DNA of 36,742 nt from an uncultured virus (IMG/VR IMGVR_UViG_3300020045_006345). Lineage: Duplodnaviria; Heunggongvirae; Uroviricota; Caudoviricetes. This document shows positions 27,485 through 33,433 of the stretch, piece by piece. The stretch lies in IMG/VR virus record IMGVR_UViG_3300020045_006345; one strand, 5' to 3'. Under the pieces are notes generated by a model. That model was not told the DNA's origin. It was given only the letters and a program-made list of their open reading frames with translations, and did no database searches. How positions within the stretch are numbered: the stretch's first letter is position 1; the number at the start of each line of letters is the position of its first letter. Made by a program: the position numbers and the translations under genes.

Positions 27485-29221
27485 TTACATTGCATAGTGC
27501 TTAGCTAAAAGCGTTACTGAGTCGGCGGAAGCTATCAGCGTCGTGTTTTCGTGTAAAGCTACAACGGGCTTAGCCTTCACGCCAGAAATCGTTATGTTGC
27601 TGCCAATAGCGTACGCATTGGCTGAAATTAATCTTAGATTCGTCACCAGCCCTGTAGCAAGCGCAGGACCCGATACGCCTACTGCAGAACCTGTATTCGG
27701 TACTAGCGACAGTGTTGTGTTTTGTGTACTCCCGTTGGCTGTACCGGAAGCAGAACCTGTATTTGGTACTAGCGATAGTGTTGTGCTTTGCGCATTCCCG
27801 TTGGCTGAGCCTGAGCCTGTAGCCTGCCCTGCAACAGGAGTCAATGTAACATTAGAGCCTGCAGCGGAGACAGCTGCTGTACCGGAAGCAGAACCTGTAT
27901 TCGGTACAAGCGATAGTGTTGTACCCTGTGCAGTACCATTGGCTGAGCCTGAGCCTGAAGCCTGACCCGTATTAGGTATTAGGGTCAATGTAACAGTAGA
28001 GCCTACTGCTGAGCCTGTACCGGAAGCCTGACCAGTGTTAGGTACAAGCGATAGTGTTGTACCCTGTGCAGTTCCATTGCCTGAGCCTGTACCGGAAGCC
28101 TGACCAGCGTTCGGTACAAGCGATAGTGTTGTACCCTGTGCAGTTCCATTGCCTGAGCCTGTACCGGAAGCCTGACCAGTGTTAGGTATTAGGGTCAACG
28201 TAACATTAGAGCCTACTGCTGAGCCTGTACCGGAAGCCTGACCAGTGTTAGGTATTAGGGTCAACGTAACATTAGAGCCTACTGCTGAGCCTGTACCGGA
28301 AGCCTGACCAGTGTTAGGTATTAGGGTCGCACTGCTGACAAAAACCGTCGTTACAGCATTCCCTGACGCAGAGGCACTAGGGGTCACTAATGTCGTGCCA
28401 GGCAAGCTGGTATTCGCGGTTACGTCGCCACCACCCGCCGCTAAATCAAAATATACAACTCGTTTTTGTGGTGCGAATAGTTGCCATGGGTTAACAGACA
28501 GAGCTTTTTGAGTGGCTTCGTCAGGTAGCTTTGAAAATAAACCAAAAGCATTTTGGGTATGCGTGCCGAAGATACTATGGTCACCCCTATGGCCGATGTA
28601 AACATCGTTAGTCCCGAATACTGATGCTGGTGATAATGTTGTAGCTCCTCGGAATAGGGCTTGCTTAACACCGTTAGCATGTATAGAACTTAGAGCTAAT
28701 CCGCCCAGACTAAGATCGACAGCTATAACAATATTGACAGCCCTCCCTGCAGTAGGAGCTGGAAATGAAGCTGAAGAGTACCCACCAGCAGACCCAAAAA
28801 ACAAAGCAGACCATTCTGAGGTAGATGTAGCGGTACCGACATTATTGATATACGAAATAAACCAGAAAGGGGTAAGCGATGTATTATTATTTGCGTTAGA
28901 TGTTGTTTCGCATATAAAAGGAAATGTATTAGTGTATGGGTATGGGGTTATACTTGCCACTAACAACATTTGCTGCCCACGCAAGCTCACATTATAACTC
29001 GCTTTGCCCCCGCTTACAGTTCCATTACCTAGTAACCCAACACCATTAGAAGTCACACCTTTTACATTTGTAATGTTTGCGGGGTTAGCACCTGTAACTA
29101 CGTTTCTAGCATCATGAAACGAAGTTAGCAGTTTTGGATTTAAGCTTTCTGCCAGCGTTGAGGGCTTAGTTAACCCTTTTGGTTGTATTATCCTTTTGCT
29201 AGGGACAATGATATTAGCCAT
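27485..29221 (-). CDS. Tail fibre/adhesin: N-terminal LamG/ConA-like head and C-terminal Gly/Ser/Thr repeat stalk
   Basis: SIHANGVKQ...VYIG...LSVNPWQLF is typical of LamG-like phage domains and is followed by PNTGQASG repeats. Confidence 0.65.
   Translation of the reverse strand: MANIIVPSKRIIQPKGLTKPSTLAESLNPKLLTSFHDARNVVTGANPANITNVKGVTSNGVGLLGNGTVSGGKASYNVSLRGQQMLLVASITPYPYTNTFPFICETTSNANNNTSLTPFWFISYINNVGTATSTSEWSALFFGSAGGYSSASFPAPTAGRAVNIVIAVDLSLGGLALSSIHANGVKQALFRGATTLSPASVFGTNDVYIGHRGDHSIFGTHTQNAFGLFSKLPDEATQKALSVNPWQLFAPQKRVVYFDLAAGGGDVTANTSLPGTTLVTPSASASGNAVTTVFVSSATLIPNTGQASGTGSAVGSNVTLTLIPNTGQASGTGSAVGSNVTLTLIPNTGQASGTGSGNGTAQGTTLSLVPNAGQASGTGSGNGTAQGTTLSLVPNTGQASGTGSAVGSTVTLTLIPNTGQASGSGSANGTAQGTTLSLVPNTGSASGTAAVSAAGSNVTLTPVAGQATGSGSANGNAQSTTLSLVPNTGSASGTANGSTQNTTLSLVPNTGSAVGVSGPALATGLVTNLRLISANAYAIGSNITISGVKAKPVVALHENTTLIASADSVTLLAKHYAM
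27685..28328. repeat. Mosaic of mainly 66-nt and 72-nt coding repeats (TLIPNTGQASGTGSAVGSNVTL / SLVPNTGQASGTGSGNGTAQGTTL), about 10 units
   Basis: Near-identical DNA blocks such as cctgtaccggaagcctgaccagtgttaggta and agcgatagtgttgtaccctgtgcag recur. Confidence 0.9.
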
Positions 29222-29224
29222 TGT

Positions 29225-29677
29225 TTATACGGTAACTGCTGTGTAGGTAGTGTAAAAGATATTGCCAGCGGATAATGTCGCACCTGCGCTGTTTTTGACA
29301 ATGATTTTTAGATACGGAGGTATAAAGCCAAGCGCTTGCATTACGCTGAACGCTTTTCTATGTTGGGTACTGCCTGTTGCGTTGGTAGGAATGTAACCAA
29401 TAACATGTAGATCAGGTTCATCTGTAGTAGTTGTTCCGGATTCAGGCCCCGTGCCGAAGTTAGTACTGTCAAAGCTCGCTTTGGCAAAAACGGTAACAAA
29501 GTTATTGGCAGCTCCAACAGTGGTTACTTCTGCTTCAACTACCAATTCAACCGGGTCTACTGCGCTCACGTCTATAGTTCCGGCGACAACATAACTGGTA
29601 TTGGTTAAACTCGCTAAAGCAGTACTTGCTCCTGTCAGTGTGGTGCGTGTGGCTGCATTTAAAGTAGTTGTACTCAT
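29225..29677 (-). CDS. Tail-fibre cassette protein (beta sandwich)
   Basis: 150-aa ORF with LASLTN..YV...FSVMQALGFIPPYLKIIVKNSAGATL, typical of the gene preceding LamG-like fibres. Confidence 0.55.
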   Translation of the reverse strand: MSTTTLNAATRTTLTGASTALASLTNTSYVVAGTIDVSAVDPVELVVEAEVTTVGAANNFVTVFAKASFDSTNFGTGPESGTTTTDEPDLHVIGYIPTNATGSTQHRKAFSVMQALGFIPPYLKIIVKNSAGATLSAGNIFYTTYTAVTV

Positions 29678-30111
29678 TCATTACCTCGCAAAGCCTGCGC
29701 TACTGTTTCATAGTTAACCGTTAACCCCAGTTGTTCTGCTAAACTGATTTTAGTATTAGCCAAACTCAGAATGATTGTTTTATCCTGTTCAGTAAAATCC
29801 GGCACAAGAGTATCTGCTACCAAGCCAGAAAGCACGCTATCAAGTTTTGCCAATATCATCGGATTACTACAATCAAAAAATTCAAAATCTTCAAGCGCAA
29901 GTGTAGTACGTTTGCAGGCTTCTGAGGAGCCTTCTTTAATAGCCAGTCTCAGATCTTCTAACGCAAGATAGCGCCTGATGTCATGTGATTCTATAATACC
30001 TTTAGCGTCTACCGTTTTAGCGTTGAAAAACTCAACAATAGCAGTATCGTTTCCACTATCAATATATTGTTGTAGCTCAGGTCGTGCCTGAATCTCTTCA
30101 ATTAGAGACAT
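29674..30111 (-). CDS. Helical hypothetical protein of the tail-fibre cassette (possible chaperone)
   Basis: 145-aa acidic helical ORF, GNDTAIVEFFN...ISLAEQLGL..V, ATGA-coupled to the next gene. Confidence 0.55.
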   Translation of the reverse strand: MSLIEEIQARPELQQYIDSGNDTAIVEFFNAKTVDAKGIIESHDIRRYLALEDLRLAIKEGSSEACKRTTLALEDFEFFDCSNPMILAKLDSVLSGLVADTLVPDFTEQDKTIILSLANTKISLAEQLGLTVNYETVAQALRGNE

Positions 30112-30114
30112 GTT

Positions 30115-30540
30115 CTACGCCTGAATCGTTAACGGAGTAGTGTACGTTACGCTAAAATTTCCAGAAGTAGATGATACCGTGCCAAGGAAATCAACGAAAC
30201 ATATAAGTTTGTCTGTCGCTGCGGTGCCTGTATTCTTGTATATAATCGCTCCTACGGCGGAAATTGTACCGTTCCACGCATTCGTTAGGTTCGTCAGAGT
30301 AACAGTTTGCTTGTTGTTGGTAGTGTCTAAGGCATCGAGTGTGTACGCTTGCGCGACCCCTCCAGAGGTATACCCTGTACCCGTAGTTTCATTAGTCACA
30401 TCCGACCTGTTCACCCATGCGTCGATATTAGCGGCGGATGGTACTGACGTAACCAACAGGCACTTTAAGGTATCTGTGCTGAAATTGTGTCCTGCAGTTG
30501 CGATATTACGAGCAAAATTTGAAAAGTTTGCAGAGGCCAT
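30115..30540 (-). CDS. Conserved phage tail-fibre-associated protein
   Basis: NFSTDTLKCLLVTS...VTNETTGTGYTSGG...ISAVGAIIYK...LICFVDF...STSGNFSV. RBS AAGGTAGG upstream. Confidence 0.65.
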   Translation of the reverse strand: MASANFSNFARNIATAGHNFSTDTLKCLLVTSVPSAANIDAWVNRSDVTNETTGTGYTSGGVAQAYTLDALDTTNNKQTVTLTNLTNAWNGTISAVGAIIYKNTGTAATDKLICFVDFLGTVSSTSGNFSVTYTTPLTIQA

Positions 30541-30544
30541 TTTT

Positions 30545-30611
30545 ATATCCTACCTTTATGTGAGTATGTCAGTGTTAATGCGGAGTGTTCAGTCTTTAGA
30601 TATCCTACCTT
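30545..30611. repeat. 12-bp direct repeat (AAGGTAGGATAT on the minus strand) at 30545-30556 and 30600-30611
   Basis: Exact match read from the sequence. The proximal copy contains the RBS of the 30540 gene. Confidence 0.8.
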
Positions 30612-30682
30612 CGCCAACCCCCCGTAGCTTGCGTTTATTTCAGGGTTCTCCTGGTCGCGAGGAAGCCGGTCACTAGCGTGAT

Positions 30683-30841
30683 TTACCCTAAGATCGTTTC
30701 TAACGGAACCTCGGTTTGGCGCTCTCGCATTACGCTTGCAGGAGCAGGGGCGGTTCTATAGTCCAGCTTGATTTCGACGGTATCCCCGGCATACGCTTCG
30801 ACATCGAGTTGTATTGCAGGGCTCGTAAGTTTAACGGCCAT
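30683..30841 (-). CDS. 52-aa small ORF, possibly a truncated tail-gene remnant
   Basis: Not in the ORF track. MAVKLTSPAIQLDVEAYAGDTVEIKLDYRTAPAPASVMRERQTEVPLETILG, preceded by GGGGG and an extended -10. Confidence 0.45.
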   Translation of the reverse strand: MAVKLTSPAIQLDVEAYAGDTVEIKLDYRTAPAPASVMRERQTEVPLETILG

Positions 30842-30867
30842 AAAACCCCCGTGGTTATTGGTGCCTA

Positions 30868-30876
30868 ATTATAACA
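30868..30876 (-). promoter_or_regulatory. Extended -10 promoter (TGnTATAAT)
   Basis: The minus strand reads ACATGTTATAATTAGG, intergenic, about 27 nt before ATG 30841. Confidence 0.55.
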
Positions 30877-30883
30877 TGTATGC

Positions 30884-31195
30884 TCAGTTGCTGCAGTGTA
30901 TATACTTGTTTTTTCTACGCTGCAGCTTGATAGCGACCTCTTGATCCCTACGTCTGAAGGTCACCTTACGCACATGGTGGGTCCTCAGTATATCCAGCAG
31001 TTCCCGGAATGCCTTCATGGTTAGGCCCTTACCGCTCATGCCCTCAGCACGAGCTTCTCCGTTGTCCAGCAGTGCTATGGACACAAAGATATCATAGGGC
31101 GCTGTTTGTCGGTAAATAGGTAGCGTAGAATCCAGGGGCGTATTGTCGTTGTATATGCGTACGTGCAGATGGGAGGGAGTGGCGATTACCGGCAT
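30884..31195 (-). CDS. Hypothetical protein (103 aa)
   Basis: ORF with an upstream TATAAT. No family recognised. Confidence 0.5.
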   Translation of the reverse strand: MPVIATPSHLHVRIYNDNTPLDSTLPIYRQTAPYDIFVSIALLDNGEARAEGMSGKGLTMKAFRELLDILRTHHVRKVTFRRRDQEVAIKLQRRKNKYIHCSN

Positions 31196-31222
31196 TCTAA
31201 TACCTAGGTTGGGTAGCCGTCG

Positions 31223-31252
31223 CCCCCACGAGTATTATACAGTGGGGGGGGG
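31223..31252. promoter_or_regulatory. Inverted repeat CCCCCAC-N12-GTGGGGG enclosing a minus-strand TATAAT, with a G9 tract
   Basis: Arms at 31223-31229 and 31242-31248, attata at 31234-31239, G9 at 31244-31252. Confidence 0.5.
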
Positions 31253-31264
31253 CTCTACGTCCGT

Positions 31265-32251
31265 TTAAATGCGGGCTACGCCCTTAACCTTTTCAACTGA
31301 GCGGTAAGCGCCCAGGCCTAGTATCCCGAACAACACCTGCATGGTGATAGAGGTATCTATAACGGGGAATACTCCTGTGTAGCCGAAAATAACCAGCGCC
31401 AGGAACCTTGCAATAGGCTCAATCAGGGAGGCGTAAGCCAAAGCGGCCCCGCAGGTCCACATAACGAATGGTCTCGCTCCGCTAACCCAGGTGTTAGCGT
31501 TAGCGGCTTCGGTGTTGTTCACTTCCAGCTGTTTAAGCTGCACCTGCAATTCGTTCTGGATGGTCTCCGTCAGGTTGCGTAGCTTAGCCTTTTCTATCTC
31601 GGTAGCATCAGGCCAGATGCGTTTAATAGCGGTATCAGCCAGGGTGGTTACTGCGGTTACGGCGTCGTCAATTCCAAACATTGGGGTCTCCGGTTCTATC
31701 TGTTTAAGGGGGATTATCTTGCGTTCACTCGGTAGCTCGTGTAACACTTTCAGGGCGCGTTCGAAGTACTTTATCCGGCTGCTTAGCCCGTTGAATCCTC
31801 CGTTTATACGGCGGCATAGCCCGCGCTGGTCGTTATAGTCCGCTAGCTCGTTACATCCATGGCTCAACCAGAACCATGCAGCACTGAGGCTAGCTGCTTC
31901 GGGAGACTCTAAGAGCTCAGGATGGTTAAGGAGGTCCATTCCCAACGCCTCCCCGCAGGCTTTGTAGTTCGCTCTCCCTGTTATCTGTATCAACCCACGC
32001 CCCTTGTACTTAACACCGTCCCCTACTACAACATTCCCCAGGTCTCTCCGCCGTTCATAGGCTCTTCCACTAGCCAGCTCACGTACGTAGCGCAGTTCGC
32101 CTGACTCGTGGGCTATCTGGGCCAGGAAACTGGCCTGCCGCAGTGGGGTGTCAATGAAATATCTATCCATAGCCGACACCAGGCAAGGTAGGAACACCTC
32201 TCGGCGTCGTGCCAGGGGCATGATAGCCTTTAATTGTGACGTGGTTAGCAT
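31265..32251 (-). CDS. GH19 (chitinase-like) endolysin fused in frame to a 3TM holin (GTA_holin_3TM-like)
   Basis: Residues 1-170 carry FLAQIAHESG, YKGRGLIQITGRANY, SAAWFW and INGGFNG (GH19). Residues 191-328 carry IKRIWPD...EAANANTWVSGARPFVMW...LFGILGLGAYRSVEKVKGV (3TM holin). Confidence 0.85.
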   Translation of the reverse strand: MLTTSQLKAIMPLARRREVFLPCLVSAMDRYFIDTPLRQASFLAQIAHESGELRYVRELASGRAYERRRDLGNVVVGDGVKYKGRGLIQITGRANYKACGEALGMDLLNHPELLESPEAASLSAAWFWLSHGCNELADYNDQRGLCRRINGGFNGLSSRIKYFERALKVLHELPSERKIIPLKQIEPETPMFGIDDAVTAVTTLADTAIKRIWPDATEIEKAKLRNLTETIQNELQVQLKQLEVNNTEAANANTWVSGARPFVMWTCGAALAYASLIEPIARFLALVIFGYTGVFPVIDTSITMQVLFGILGLGAYRSVEKVKGVARI

Positions 32252-32260
32252 GAGTGTCTC

Positions 32261-32719
32261 CTATTGTTCACTCACCACGGCATCCCGCTTCGGGGAGCGG
32301 GCTCTAGCGGCTTCGAGTATGTGAGTAAATTCACCGGCCAGGTGTATGGAGGTTTTAATCTGGAGAGGTAATATCTTAATATAATGTTCATAAAATTCCC
32401 TGGGGTTTTTGTCGGCCCATTCCGCGTAGCGAGCAACCCCACCTATGCGTTCGAAAGTTTCCATGATGGTTTCTTTGACCTCCGTCTGCCGAGGAGGTAT
32501 ATAGCCGATATTCGCAGTTCCTACGGACCTACCTAAGGAGATGGGTCCGGAGTCATCCGGGTACCTTCTGGTCATACGGTTGTTCACCGCCGTTTTGGAT
32601 TGGGATCCGACTCCATCCGGTAGGCGCTTCGCTCCCCGCTTCTTCTTGTAGACTTCCGTCCCTGGCTTAGCCCCAGGTACTCTTGTAGCCTTCTCTACAT
32701 CAGGTTCAGTGTCCGACAT
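32261..32719 (-). CDS. Putative terminase small subunit
   Basis: GRSVGTAN followed by IMETFERIGGVARYAEWADKNPREFYEHYIKILPLQI, a motif of TerS-like proteins usually adjacent to TerL. Confidence 0.55.
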   Translation of the reverse strand: MSDTEPDVEKATRVPGAKPGTEVYKKKRGAKRLPDGVGSQSKTAVNNRMTRRYPDDSGPISLGRSVGTANIGYIPPRQTEVKETIMETFERIGGVARYAEWADKNPREFYEHYIKILPLQIKTSIHLAGEFTHILEAARARSPKRDAVVSEQ

Positions 32720-32828
32720 GCCCCACCCCCCATAACACGGTATCCACCGTTCCGATCGCGGCCATCAGTAGTAGCCCTAAGATCATGGCTGCTGCGAGCA
32801 GGCCCTCGAATCTATGCGCACGTCGCAT
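32706..32828 (-). CDS. 40-aa single-pass membrane peptide
   Basis: Not in the ORF track. MRRAHRFEGLLAAAMILGLLLMAAIGTVDTVLWGVGHVGH, with GAGG 9 nt upstream. It overlaps the start of the next gene. Confidence 0.4.
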   Translation of the reverse strand: MRRAHRFEGLLAAAMILGLLLMAAIGTVDTVLWGVGHVGH

Positions 32829-32958
32829 ACACTACCGCCTCTATCGCCAGGCCTACCATGTTTAGGGGAGACGGAGGCGCGGATTTATACATGCGCAAAA
32901 GCGAAGTCGGTAACGGAGCGTTCGTGCAAACTAACCTGATCGCCGGGACCGTAGCCCT

Positions 32959-33372
32959 ATGACGCCGCAATTACCGGAAGGATGTGTAGAGCGCAGACGC
33001 ATAGAAGCCGCTGAGGTTTCCGTGGGTATGGTCAAGGACCAACTGCTGGACATCAAGGACACCCTACATAATATTGAATCCGAGGTAAGGAGGGATTTAT
33101 CCGGCTTCTCCTCTCAGTTCGGAGAGTTCTCGGCCTCCATGCAGACCATAATGGTTAAACTGGAGGAACGGGACCGCAGATCGCAGGAGATAATGCTGGA
33201 AAACAAAGAGTCGTTTAACCGTCTAGCAGCGGATATACGTGCACACTCCGACCGAATGGGTACTCTGGAGGTCAAGACAGCGAAGATTGATACCCTGGAA
33301 AAACTGGTATACGGTGCGTTGATGGGTATCGGAGGTATGTTTGGATGGTTGCTACAGAAAGCACTATCATAA
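32959..33372 (+). CDS. Coiled-coil protein with a C-terminal transmembrane anchor, copy B (paralog of 26381..26788)
   Basis: CVERRRI vs CMERHRL, KLEERDR vs KLEDRDK, LEVKTAKIDTLEKLV vs LEVSTPRLDNVERVI, GIGG vs GLGG. Confidence 0.7.
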   Translation: MTPQLPEGCVERRRIEAAEVSVGMVKDQLLDIKDTLHNIESEVRRDLSGFSSQFGEFSASMQTIMVKLEERDRRSQEIMLENKESFNRLAADIRAHSDRMGTLEVKTAKIDTLEKLVYGALMGIGGMFGWLLQKALS

Positions 33373-33433
33373 TAACAGCTCACAGCACTCTGGGTGTTAG
33401 ACTCTCATCTTCACCACAGGAGCCTATATTTTG

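Noticed and set aside
30600..30680. c-di-GMP-I riboswitch-like words (GAAA...ACGCAAGCTACGGG) on the minus strand
   Set aside because: The stem that should close the GAAA loop cannot form and the other conserved elements are missing.
854..31838. Numerous plus-strand ORFs of 60-350 aa overlapping the minus-strand genes, including the repeat-derived LLFSNWS, CCSATGA and LQLLNNK frames
   Set aside because: They are antisense or alternative-frame shadows of long coding regions and repeats, with no recognisable motifs.
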